Source: Dirinaria sp. TL-2023a (Eukaryota). From it: a stretch of 50,182 bases of DNA. The notes below the pieces were generated by a model, which made no database searches, had not been told where the DNA came from, and saw nothing but the letters and a program-made list of their open reading frames with translations. The position numbers were made by a program, and so were the translations under genes. Every line of letters begins with the position of its first letter. Position 1 is the first letter of the stretch. The stretch is from the NCBI GenBank assembly GCA_051941275.1, contig JAVEBF010000023.1, positions 1 to 50,182 of the forward strand. Direction: 5' to 3'. Of the stretch, positions 24,110 through 35,358 are shown one piece after another.

Positions 24110-27100
24110 GCGGCAGGAAGAATCTTCTGCGCTGCCACGAACTGATGTGCCTGGTCCTGGTGGCCGGGTGCAGCTCGGGGTAAATGTCGCACACAGTCAC
24201 GCATAGAGTTTTTACGAAATAGTCATTCTTTACAACTATGGATATTCTGCCCCCCTGCAACATCTCAAAGGCTGAAAATGCCTTGAAAAGAAAAGAAAGT
24301 GGACTCTATTTTTGACGTGAAAACGTTGTCTATTTCATGAGTCCGCGTGAGCGCTATTAAGATTCTTAATAGCAATGAGCATTTGGAGTTCGTGATAACG
24401 TCCATATTCCGTAGAATAGGGTCGACTCGTAAATAGTTTCTGCTATAACTGATATTTTCCTCGGTGAGTGCAGCCACTCGTCTATTGCGCATGAGCGGCA
24501 GGAGGAGTATTGGATAAGTAGAGGTAAACCCTAGTTGATTCTATGGCTTTTTCCCCTTAGTCGTCTACAAAACGCACCGTTAAGAAGCTTGGATTTACAT
24601 GGCTGGCAAGACCGTTTTTGCTAGAGCTGAATGGGCAACATGCGAGCGTCTCAGTCGATCCTGTCCTACAGACACGATTGCCACATTCCTTTGTTGCATG
24701 TTTACTGATTTGCCTATTCGCTATTAGAACATTTTCTTCTAAGCATCATGTGGAGATGTTTCGAGCCAGCAATAGGGTATCATTCCTGTCGAAAGATCCG
24801 AAGCTCATGACCTGGTGCGGGATCCTCGTAATTCCTAGTGGTATCGCAGGCAAATTATGGAGTAGGAGGCGTATGATAGGTTAAAGTGAACCCATGCTCA
24901 GACAGAGTGCTAAGTTCAAGCGCACGAGTACCTCATAATAGAAAATGTTTCAACCACATGACGATACATTAATGTATCAACGAAGAGTCATTACCTTCTA
25001 CAGAATGTAAAAAGATGTGTTCACCACGAGCAGAGGAACATCTGGGCGATTACGAAAATGAGTCAAGACGCCGATAGGACTCACAGGAAATATTAGCAAC
25101 GCCCTTCTGGTAGGATATTGCCGATGCCTGGCAATGGCAATCATTTGAATCCTCTGGTCAACTGCTGAGGGCCGCAAAACCTTTCCTATTCCCCTGCGTC
25201 TACGTTATGAAAGGATAGAAAGCGCACAAACCCCGCTGATTCGGACGTCTGTGAGCCTCAGCGGTTGCATTATCTCGCAAATGCAATGCACTCGTCTTCT
25301 GAGCGCCGTCTGGATCTAGACTCAATGTGACGTATCCATTTTTGTGGGCAAGAATCTGTTCCGTTAGGAAAATTGCCCCATTGCCTCAGATGCTCGAGGT
25401 GCAGCCCGTGCCTTTGCATAGCATTTCGGCAAATCACTTTTTTCTAAAAAGCCTTTGTCCACGCCGGGGAAGGACAAAAGCTGCCGTAGGCAAAAGATTG
25501 CAAGTTGACAGACTTCTTCGATGATAGTCAGTACAGTCCTGGCATTCGCGCGGCTGTAGATGGGTTTGGAACAATGGGCAAGAAGTCCTTCATCGATGAC
25601 ACGAAGAATCGGTCTGCTCCTCCAGTTACTGAAATCGAAAGCGACTTCGGCTCCACTTTGAAGGATGAATGAAAGGAAAGAAAAGGCACAGCATAATCAA
25701 TGCCAATGCACGGACGTAACATCCAATTTAGAATGCATTGACCAATATCTTTTGCCCAGCGAGCACGCAGCTACCATCTCGAAAATTCATATCTTGGAGC
25801 AACTTACTAATATTTCCACCTGTTGGTTTTTTCGAATGTCATAGATCCAGTGCTCGTCAGTGACAAGTTTTGTGTTCCCCGTATAGTATCTTCTGCACTT
25901 GGAAGACCTTCCGAGTATCCACATGCGAGGTCACACTGACTCGAGAAAGGTAATTTGTTGTGCCCTTGTGTTGGCTGGTCGTACATGAACACGTGATGCA
26001 GGTTAAGAAGATTAGTCTTCATGAGGGGTTCCTAATGCAAGAGAAACCAAAGAGTGACGATAGTACAATAAGCTTTCACCATCAGCCGACATAATAGTAA
26101 AATCTTAGGGACAGTATGATAATTTGCCGTAATTTGGCGGATAGGAACGGTCCCGTCCAGCTCTATTGCTGACTACTGATCAGCTCTGACACCCCTTGGT
26201 GATCAGACCCTGGCCTAAGGAGGAGGGCCATGGCGCAGTCCGGCGGTCCCATCTATGTGCGAGCACGCAGTCCACTGGTCCGTGGTATACTAGCACTCTC
26301 GAAGCTCGATGTTGAATCTATCCTTAGCTCTACATGCAATATCTCAGGTTGAAAATGCTGATCAGGTCTACTGTACCTTACTGTACCAAGCGAGTCATGA
26401 GCGGCTAACCGCAAGAGGAAAAGAGCCTTGTGATGAGGTAAGCAGCTGCAGAAGTCCTGGTACCGAGATTCCCTACTGTACATTAGACGTAAACAGCGAT
26501 GTTCGATCCGACCTTTGGAGCAAATGGCGCAGAAATTATCGACACCCCATTCCTCGTGCTGCGACATCAGTCTGGGGAAAGCGGGGTCTGCGGGGTTCGG
26601 AGACGCTCGTTGATATGCGTCCGAGATGCTTTTATGCATCCCCGAGTCGCGACATTACCTTAGCATACAGGTATCTGTACAATTAAGCAAGAACGGATTC
26701 CCTACGCTGTTGATTACGAGACTACTACAACGTACAGCACGGACAAATCTCGGCTGCTGTTGGTCCAGCAAGGATTCCCTAAACCTATCGTCATTACTTG
26801 AGATGAGTTGATATCACTCTGAACGCACACAACAGCACCATTATTGGGGGATTCTCGTAACGCAAGGTTTGTGCGTCTCATCACAAGAATGTATCTTAAT
26901 TTCTCCGAGGCACCCATCATGTCTGTGGAATTACTGTGAGCTGCATTGCCTTCATATTCATGTTATCTTTCCATATGTATAATCTCACTATTCAAGCTCT
27001 TAAGACTCCTCAAATATGGCGATCAGGTCAATCACAGTCTCCTGAAAACCAGGAAATGAGTATTAGGTACCCCGAGATTTCATTTTTACCCCGCTACAGC

Positions 27101-27794
27101 GAGATGGCCACATGGAAATTGGAACCCGTAGTTCGAGCCATTTCCTTCTGCCTCTAGATAAGGTATGCTCAGAGTGTCTCTCTTTTAGTATGGAAATCTA
27201 GTAGGTCAGGGGTGTTAAATCAGATGATAACGCGGATGTCTATCGTGAACCTCCCAGCGATTGGCTACAACCTGCGCTTGCTGGCCACATATTCGAGCTG
27301 CTAGCCTATTACGACATGGCCCATGAATGCTCGATCGGCGATAGCGCAACGCTGCTAGCGAGTGCCGCGTAATACACTCCGTTTGTTTACGAAGACAACA
27401 ACAAAATCATTCAAGAGCTCGAAAGCAAGCAATGCACCTACCAGGGACGCATATGTGCAGGCTGAAAACCGGGGTATTCGTAACGCGGGAGTCGGAGATG
27501 CGCAAAACTCAAATGTTGCATTCACTGTATGATGACTTGCTCGTGATAGTCGAGAGCGTCTTTTGCCCGCTTTGACTGACGTAGAGTACCTCCTGTCACT
27601 AGCAAGCATTTAAGGACAATCAATGTTTGATCTCTTGAGATTTCACAACCATCAGTGCTGGCAGAATCGCCTCCGGAAAAGCATATTTGTTAGAGAAATT
27701 GTAGCACAACAGAGGCGTCAGCGGATGAATAATGCTATGGTGAGCGTCACATCAAGACTCACTACTCAGTTCAACATCAATCAAGTGCACAAAG

Positions 27795-29360
27795 ATGAGC
27801 ACACCGGCGCCTTCATCCCCCGGGGTCGCGCCTGCGAAACGCGACTCTGGTTCTGCAGTCGCAGCCCAATGGAACATGCTGCCGTTGTGCCTTGAAGAGA
27901 TGAGCAAAGCCAGAAAGCAACTGTCTCTGAATTCACATTGGACCATTGATCTTCGTGCCGCCGTGGAGGTATTCTGGGCCATCCTGCTTCGTGCCTACAC
28001 TGGCTCCGATCACGTAGTATTCGGCTGCTTCGATGAGGCCGTGGGCAAGTCTAACCGTGTCACCTTCGATTTTGGCGCAGATGCTTTACGTAGCTCTGTT
28101 ACCAGACTGCCTGACATAAGGAAAACGACGACTTCAGACCTACATGACTTAAGCACAGTCATATGGCTAACACAAAGCTTGGACTGGAAGCATCCGAAGA
28201 AACAGCCTTTTTATGGACAGTCCAACACTGTCACCTTGCAACTCCACTATGACCCTACAAATACTTTTTTCGACGAAGGGACTTTCTGGTATCAGCAACC
28301 GTCAGTCAGTCCCGACCATGGGGATAATCTGCTCAGTACCCTCCACCAGTTGGCGCGAAGCATACTCGACAATCCCACTAGCCGCCTGGATAAGCTTGAT
28401 CTGTTTAGCATCGACGTCGAGGATAAATTTGATTTTCTCGACGCTGGAACAGCCACAAATCAATTGTCGAGCCCATCTTTTTGCAGGCGGCCAGCTGTTC
28501 GTGCTTGGGATAGCAGATGGACATATCGGCAGTTGAGGGAAAAGATTGGCTTGTTCACTCGCATCTCACTTTAAAGCTTTAGATATTCAGACAAGCGATC
28601 TGGTGCTGCTATGTGCGGAAGACCTACATAGGCAATCGCCGCTATTCTAGCAACTTCGATCGCTGGCTCGGTCTGCGTATCAGTCGACGTCCGTGATGTG
28701 AACCATCGTGGCGCTAGGGAGTGGAATTGGCTTGAAGTTGTGGAGCATTATATACACAGTGCCGAGAGGTATTCACATGGTGTTTGTCGGGATGCAAACA
28801 CTGACTTGACAAAGGGATTAGTGAGGTTTTCAACAATCCGCAATCTCATCGAAGTTGTAAAGTAGCTCATTGGAATGACCAAGACGAGCTCTATGTTCGC
28901 TCGCAGCTCTCGGCAAGCATGAAATTTTAGAGCAGATTTTTTATCAGAAATGAGACGAATCAACTCTAGTGTCCAAAAATTGATTGTGATCCTCAGAGTA
29001 CTCGTACTAACCCACTACCCCATCGCTTTCTACTAACGAGGAACCTTGCTTGCACCATCTTATGGGAGGTGGCGAGGTCTTTGCCTCGAGCGTAAACTGG
29101 TATTTCGTGTATGCTTATGTATAGTCCACGGGACGACTAAGTCAGCGATCCGGGATACCTCCAGAGACTGTCAGAGTGCGGAAGGCCCTTCTCACATTTT
29201 GCCATTGGGCCCAGCCTCTGGACTGTGAATCCAAGTAATACATCGAATTCGATGCCAATTGGCGATGTACGTAAGCCGTTGATTGACGGACCGCTACTAT
29301 AGCGTGAATATCCGGACTGTCTAGCCTGCACAGCTGTCTCCTTGGTCATATTCCTAAGCT
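27795..29360 (+). pseudogene. Degenerate NRPS module (condensation-like N-terminal part plus frameshifted adenylation domain)
   Basis: WAILLRAYTGSDHVVFG (fungal NRPS C-domain-like motif) and PAVRAWDSRWTYRQL (A1). In shifted frames: LDIQTSDLVLLCAE/RPT*AIAAILATSIAGSVCVSVD (A2), TDLTKGLV (A3 relic), LMGGGE, and LWTVNPSN..MPIGDVRKPLIDGPLL*REY (A6). Multiple stops and frameshifts. Confidence 0.8.
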
Positions 29361-29832
29361 GACTTCGTTCCCTTCAAGACCTTACTGCAGAGTGTTCCTA
29401 CATTGCGGTGGCGTTAACGCATCAATTCCGTTCAATATAGGTCGCAAACCTCTCCTATTCGGTCCAGACGATAGAAAAGTGATTGGATATCCACTATGTA
29501 TTATCAAAATCGGCTCAATCTCAGAAGTTGACACTTTCTAATCCGGTCAATTCATATAATTTCTCAGCCTCTCGCTGAGATTCTTATCAACGAGCCTATC
29601 CGAAGCTAACTTAGATACATGATACTGCTATGCTGCTCGTTGATAGTCTTCTCTCAGTATAAATCGGTACAGCTGTGGATTCTGCTAGCAGCTGTGGACA
29701 GAAAAACATAACCAGGTGATGATGGTAAAGACTGAGTGTTTTGCAAAGAAAGCTCGGCTTAAAGATAGGAGGCCAGCTCCACAAAATTCAAATACAACAC
29801 AAAGGTACTCTCGCTCCCCCGATTCTTCCTCT

Positions 29833-30603
29833 TCAAATGGTGATCGTTGGATACTCAATTTCGTATCTCGCTCCCTCGTCGATGAAGAATCTCTCCGAGT
29901 CGGGCGTTCTGCGAACCACGATCGTATTGGCCAGCCGCATGAGTTCCTCGTTGGCGCCATTGTGGCAGCGCAATTCTCCCTCGTATTCCTTGCGCAGCTT
30001 GTTATTTTCGTCCACGAGTTGCTTGACCAGGTCATTGAGTTCCCTGATCGTCGCATCCTTGCGGTTGACGCGGCGTACTAAACGGTCGTGATTCGGACAG
30101 CCGCCGACTTTAAACAAAGAGATTAGCAATTTGACTATGGATGAAGACCAATCTCAACGCCCAACAGGCAGATCGCTGAATCATCGATTCACCGGATGAA
30201 CAGGGGTAAATCGCTGTACAAAAGATTAAAGAAAGAAAGACGGCTTACAATTGACCTGCGTGGATGCATCCGCAGTGTTGGCCGTAGTCGCGGCAGGCGG
30301 AGAAATGGTGCTAAGGCCAGCAGCGGCCGGAACAGAGGCGGCGGGGAGCGGAGGATTGGTGCTGGGACCACTGGAGGCTGGGGCAGTGGCTTTTGCGGCC
30401 TTAGCCTTGCCTCGTCTACGAGTGGTAGCGGGCGCTTTGCGGATCGGCGATCGAGCGGCGGCGGTGGTGGTGCTCGTGGTTGCAGGGGTAGAAGGAGCTT
30501 TGCCAGTTTTGCCCTTTGGGGCCAGCCCAAGGGAGTTGGTGGTGATGCCTGTATATTGAATGGTGCCGCCAGCGGCTCGGGACTTGGATCGAGTCTGGAC
30601 CAT
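29833..30603 (-). CDS. Orphan protein: basic A/T/P/K/R-rich N-terminal tail plus C-terminal coiled-coil (exons 30603-30249, 30107-29833; 209 aa)
   Basis: A 141-nt GTAAGC...CTAAT...TAAAG intron joins MVQTRSKSRAAG...STQVN in frame to FGGCPNHDRLVRRVNRKDATIRELNDLVKQLVDENNKLRKEYEGE. GC-rich, coding-like composition. Confidence 0.7.
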
Positions 30604-30809
30604 AGTGACGATGTTTTAAGTTCAGGAGATTTGGTGATGAAATACAGATGAGAAGAGGTAATGCGGTGGAAAAGCTATAATTCGAGGGTAGAGATTGGAT
30701 ACGCTGTGATATAGAGAGAGAAAGAAGAAGAGAACAGAAATCGAGGAAGAGATGTTGACCTTTTATACTTACCCCTGCCTAGAATACGCATGCTACAGGT
30801 ACTATCACG

Positions 30810-31105
30810 ACAATAGCAGTTCTGCAGCTATTGTTGCTACAATAGCCCGCGCATTGTGAAGCACTGACAATAGATACTTCGATATATAGTAGTAGTCGGT
30901 TTCTCAAAGCGCTGAGGTGACAATAGGAACGTCGGACACTGAAACACTGACAATAAATACTTTGGACATGTGCAGTTTCTCAGCGCGCTAAGGTGACAAT
31001 AGGAACGTTGGATAATATAAGAATTACCGCGGACACTAATGATTGGAATACATCAGGTACTCGAATGTGGATCGGACTCAGCAAGCTAAGGTAAAGAAAC
31101 AATAG
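30810..31105. promoter_or_regulatory. Cluster of ACAATAG motifs (putative HMG-box factor sites) upstream of the orphan gene
   Basis: ACAATAG at 30810, 30828 (reverse), 30839, 30867, 30920, 30996 and 31099, plus ACAATAA at 30950 and ACAATG (reverse) at 30852. Confidence 0.5.
30862..31012. repeat. Imperfect direct tandem duplication (about 70-75 bp x2)
   Basis: CACTGACAATAGATACTT...GTTTCTCAAAGCGCTGAGGTGACAATAGGAACGTCGGA (30862-30936) versus CACTGACAATAAATACTT...GTTTCTCAGCGCGCTAAGGTGACAATAGGAACGTTGGA (30945-31012). Confidence 0.9.
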
Positions 31106-31200
31106 GAATGACCCTTAACACCAGATTCCATGGTAACAACATCATGGAGTTCCTTACCAACATGTGATTGAACAGTCAGATTAGCTTAGCTTACTTCTTC

Positions 31201-31620
31201 ATGATAGCGCTGTTTGTTATGAGTCCCCTACCAGCCGGGTTAGTGCCTGGGTTCGCGATCTCTAAGATATCAACACTATCGCTAGTCGGAGATACCAGAG
31301 GCTCTCCGCCTAAGGAAGCCTCAGACACGCAGTGTTACCAGGCCCACGGTCGAGGCTGGTTCATTCCTTCCACAACTTCTGTGTGTAAGCTGCTTCGAGA
31401 ACAATGAAGTGGCTTTCCACTCGCAGAGACTACGCCTTACAACAGTCGCACACCGAGAATTTTGCACATAAGACAACAGCGGCAGACCTACCATGAGTAC
31501 ACAGTGGAAACCTCGAAAAAGACCGATATGGCTTGGCGTCATCGGGTTTCGTTGCAGCGAAGGTAGATCGTACATATTTCTTGAAGCACGTTGGATGCTC
31601 TGTGAGTAACATTTGTTAAT
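31201..31620 (+). pseudogene. Possible decayed small secreted cysteine-containing gene
   Basis: Hydrophobic start MIALFVMSPLPAGLVPGFAI, then TQCYQAHGRGWFIPSTTSVCKLLREQ*, continuing protein-like past the stop and, in a shifted frame, VHSGNLEKDRYGLASSGFVAAKVDRTYFLKHVG. Confidence 0.3.
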
Positions 31621-32366
31621 ACTTTTAGGCCAGGTGTTGCAAACACGATTATTCAACGCTACGCAAAGGCTTTGCAAGTATGAAAGTCGGTGCTTCATGC
31701 TCTCCACTTTGACATCAAGATAATACTGATGAAAGCCACGCGCAACGGATCGAAACTAATGTCTAATGTGGCAGTAAAGACTCGGCGATTACTGAGGTAT
31801 AAGGATGAAATGAGAGATTGTTCGAGACGAGTCACCAGCGTGCAGGAATCACCGTATTCGTTGGACGAGGCTGATTTGAGAGCATACACCAGAAATACAT
31901 TGTGGCACCAGAAAAGGTAAGATTTTACAAGTGGAATGCATACATTACATTGACAATAGACCCTTTAACTTTTCAATCCAGATTTATCAAGCGATTGATT
32001 TGGTGACCTAAGTTTCAGAGCAATTGCAGAAGTGGCGCTTGAGATGAAGACGGTCCGGATCAGCAAAGTACAAACTACAGCCCCTGGATGAGCGTCTTTC
32101 ACGAGACATCCAATATTTATGCCAAGCGTCTGCTACTAAGATACCTTAGGTAAGATCTTACTAATTAGATGCTATTGCCTTGGCACTGTGGACTTCGCTT
32201 CTCGTTTCATTATTTGCCTTTTCAACCGACCTTACACGACGGTAGAACTTCCTACAATAAATACTGCTTGAGTCATAATTCTACCTGCTAAATGCAGGTG
32301 CAAACTTCCGGAAGGCGGCAATTCTTCAAAGATAAAGAAAGCGTGTGAAGAGTCTCGTCACGCTCT

Positions 32367-33299
32367 CTACAGCCCGACGGAGGCGAGGTAAAGCAGGCCG
32401 TTCATGGTACCTGGCGGCACCTCGACATGTGCCTTGACTCTTTGTGTGCCATCTGGAACTCTCAATAACCCTACACTGGCGCAGTTGCTGCACTGGTTAT
32501 CTCCTGCATTGAGTGTCCGCCACGCATGCACGTTTCCAACCATGTCAGCTGTCTGAGCCTGAATTTCCAAACTCTGAGCTTTTAAAGGCGTACGCGAATC
32601 CGAGTCTGCTAGCACCGCTTCGACAGAAAACTGCTTTCCAATGGCCTGTTGGAAACCCTTTTCGACAGAACCTCCTGTTGATCTGCCATTTGCCAGCAGT
32701 TTGGCGAGAGGGATAAAGTTGTTTTGCTCTATACACCATGCAGTAGATGCGTAGTACCCCTCACTCTCCACATGTACCGCTGATCGGCCCTCGATGCAGA
32801 TCTCATCTGGCCGACACTCCCCCCAATGGAGGCTATTACCATGCGCGACTCCTTGTCCAGGTCTGCAAACAAGACTCCATTGTTGCAGGCTGTGGAACCG
32901 AGAGCACCGGGACCAAAGGAAGTCGTGACCAGCAGGACAATCTCTGATGGGGCGCGACATGGTTCGCCTTGAGTGTGCAGACACAGGCGCTTGCTGGCTG
33001 TAAAAAAATGCGAGCCCATTTGAGACGTCACTGCCTGTGGAGTTGACGATGGAGAAGTCAAAACTAATACTAAAATTGTAAGTCATCAGCCGCCAGGAAC
33101 ACTTATCAATGCAACCCAGTGCGTACGCTGGGGTATACGTGCTCCCTGCCGGTTGCGTTTCACCCGAGGCATTGACAGCTCGGACTTTAACATTCCTTCG
33201 CGGAGCATTCTTTTCACTGTCAAGCACCTTCGCTTCTACGCCAAAACTGGACGAGCCAACATATATGAACAGGATCCACGATAGCATAACCCATTTCAT
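32367..33299 (-). CDS. Secreted cysteine-rich two-domain protein, FOLD-effector-like (probable 57-nt intron 33070-33126; about 291 aa)
   Basis: Signal peptide MKWVMLSWILFIYVGSSSFGVEA, possible pro-region ending HSRR, six-Cys block C-x10-C-x12-C-x16-C-x5-C-x20-C, and a beta-rich C-terminal half with CSNC. Confidence 0.75.
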   Translation of the reverse strand: MKWVMLSWILFIYVGSSSFGVEAKVLDSEKNAPRRNVKVRAVNASGETQPAGSTYTPAYALGCIDKCSWRLMTYNFSISFDFSIVNSTGSDVSNGLAFFYSQQAPVSAHSRRTMSRPIRDCPAGHDFLWSRCSRFHSLQQWSLVCRPGQGVAHGNSLHWGECRPDEICIEGRSAVHVESEGYYASTAWCIEQNNFIPLAKLLANGRSTGGSVEKGFQQAIGKQFSVEAVLADSDSRTPLKAQSLEIQAQTADMVGNVHAWRTLNAGDNQCSNCASVGLLRVPDGTQRVKAHVEVPPGTMNGLLYLASVGL

Positions 33300-33996
33300 T
33301 ATTCTGTGCGTAACTGTTTCTGATACGCTGGATAACGTGCAGAAATATCGCACAGGATTTTTGCAAGAGAATGATGCCTTGTTTGGCACGCTCGGTTGGA
33401 GGTGATGGACATTTCACAGCGAAATTTCCTACTTTTTGCTACTTTTACCAGCCGCACGCGACCAATCTCGCACCTAAAGCACCATCAATATTCATAGCCA
33501 GGAACCTTACAGCCTGCAATAATGGGAAGAAACGACCAATGCTTTATCCTGCTTCGGGCGCTTAAAATTGGGATGCTTGTGGGCTCATTTTAGCGACCAA
33601 ACTCCGCCGACTACCTTACCCGCCAAACGTCTCTGAGCCAGCCTAAGTAGAAATAGCATATGGCCGAGACACTGTCGTCTGCAAAAAATATGAAAATCAT
33701 TATGTCGGTCTTCAAGAGCGACTTCAATTGAGATCGGTTTTTGGACCATTGTTTTCTGCAAGCTTACTCTTCCCAAATCAGTCTGTTCCTCGCCATACTA
33801 TGAAACGCTCATGAGCGCGCGGAAGAGCGCGTCGATCCGAAAAAGCCATTCTAAGTAGTCAGTACACGCTTTGACGCGCATGATGTCTTGGTGAAGTAAC
33901 TACCGCGAATCGGTATAGAAGCCTGTCTCTTTCTCATTTGAACCAGGTTTCAATCTATTACCTGGTACCGTACTTTTCAGTTCGCCTTACTTCGCC

Positions 33997-35358
33997 ATGC
34001 AAAATATTCTAGCTGTGGCGCCTGTCCGGCCAGATTTTCATTTCTGTGACGAGAGCTTTTCGATGTTTGGTCCTCGCCTCCGTCTTGCAGACTGCTTGCA
34101 GGCGGAAATGATGATGCCACGGGGTAATCAGCCGATGCGTTACCATCAACCAGACAATGAAGGTCTTCATGAGCATGATATCGAGTTTCCCTTGGATTAC
34201 TTACATGGTGCGAGGGGAGATTATACACGAGAGGCTATAGCGCTTGCTCAAATGTTAAGATGTTGATTAGGAACGTGCCAGATTACGATCAATGTCGTCG
34301 ACCCGAATCATGGAGAAAGGCCTGATGCTGATGCGTGGTACGACATAGCACCAAACGAGTTCCGTGAGATGGCTGGCTGGGTGATCCGGCAATGTGTCGA
34401 AAGCTCGCCACCTGTAGGTGGATTCGTGACCAGGAACATTTCAAATGCAATCAATTATTTGAGATTGCCTACAGCGACCTTGCAACCTGCTGCGTGGCGT
34501 AAGTTTCCCCACGTAATGTTATACTCTCCATTAATAGCTGAGCTTGTGAGATAATTCGATTTCATTACTTTAGCATTGAATGCGACGTTTTTCACTGTTA
34601 CGATTACAACCGATATCAATGGCGGTGATGATCCGAACCCAGGCAACTATGACCCTACAACTGGAGGCGCCATTTTCAGCTCGCTCTACGAAACACTCTT
34701 GAACACCCCTATGGGCAGCCCCTTGTGGAATAGTTTGAGCAGTATGGCAGAGCGGCTCAATCGATACTGGGGCCTCATGGGTCGAGCATATGACTATGAA
34801 AACGGCTATGGTAATCCATGGTACGGTCCTTATGGACAAGAGTCATTGTCTCCGGATACAGTAACCTATGAGTGCGATGCCAAGCTTGGAAACCCTCAAC
34901 ATGTGGATTGCAGCCAGCTTCAGTATTCACAGCTGGATCCCACGTCGGACAGCCTCTCACTAGAGCCAGGTCTGACCAAGTTCCTTCACTCTGAGACGTG
35001 CAACATTGGGATAACAGTGTCCGAGTCCACAACCGTTACATGGAAGCAAATCAAGTCGGCCGTAAACGAGATTATCGAGATTTGCGTTAATAACCCTCTT
35101 CGTAAAGCAGTCGGGGGAAGGGCATACTACGGAGATCAAGCGTTGTTCAAGATAGGCAGCGCGGGGAGAAAGAAGCGGGATTCTGACTCTCTGAACGCCC
35201 TACCCCCTGGTGCTAACATTACTCTTTTTCAGCAGCTCGAAATCTACTCAACCTTTCCGGCGGATAGGGAAGAAATCGGGAGCTGTACCTGGCAAAACGC
35301 TGTACGGAACCAAGATGTTCGAGCGTGCCGAAGCGTTCATCACCGTCCTCATTCTTAG
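33997..35358 (+). CDS. Cysteine-rich protein with two tandem KP4/Ecp2-like modules (introns 34208-34270, 34499-34573; start uncertain)
   Basis: In-frame splicing across two GT-AG introns. Repeated four-Cys module: FCDE..ADCLQA..GTCQITINV..MAGWVIRQCVE..VGGF and YECDA..VDCSQL..ETCNIGITV..WKQIKSAVNEIIEICVN..VGGRA. Internal RKKRD. Confidence 0.72.

Noticed and set aside
24300..27700. Scattered 60-130 aa ORFs between the tyrosinase and the NRPS relic
   Set aside because: No motifs, signal peptides or splice-consistent models. Treated as intergenic or unidentifiable decayed sequence.
30862..31012. CRISPR-like or LTR interpretation of the repeat
   Set aside because: Eukaryotic context, only two degenerate adjacent copies, no unique spacers, no cas genes and no retroelement ORFs.
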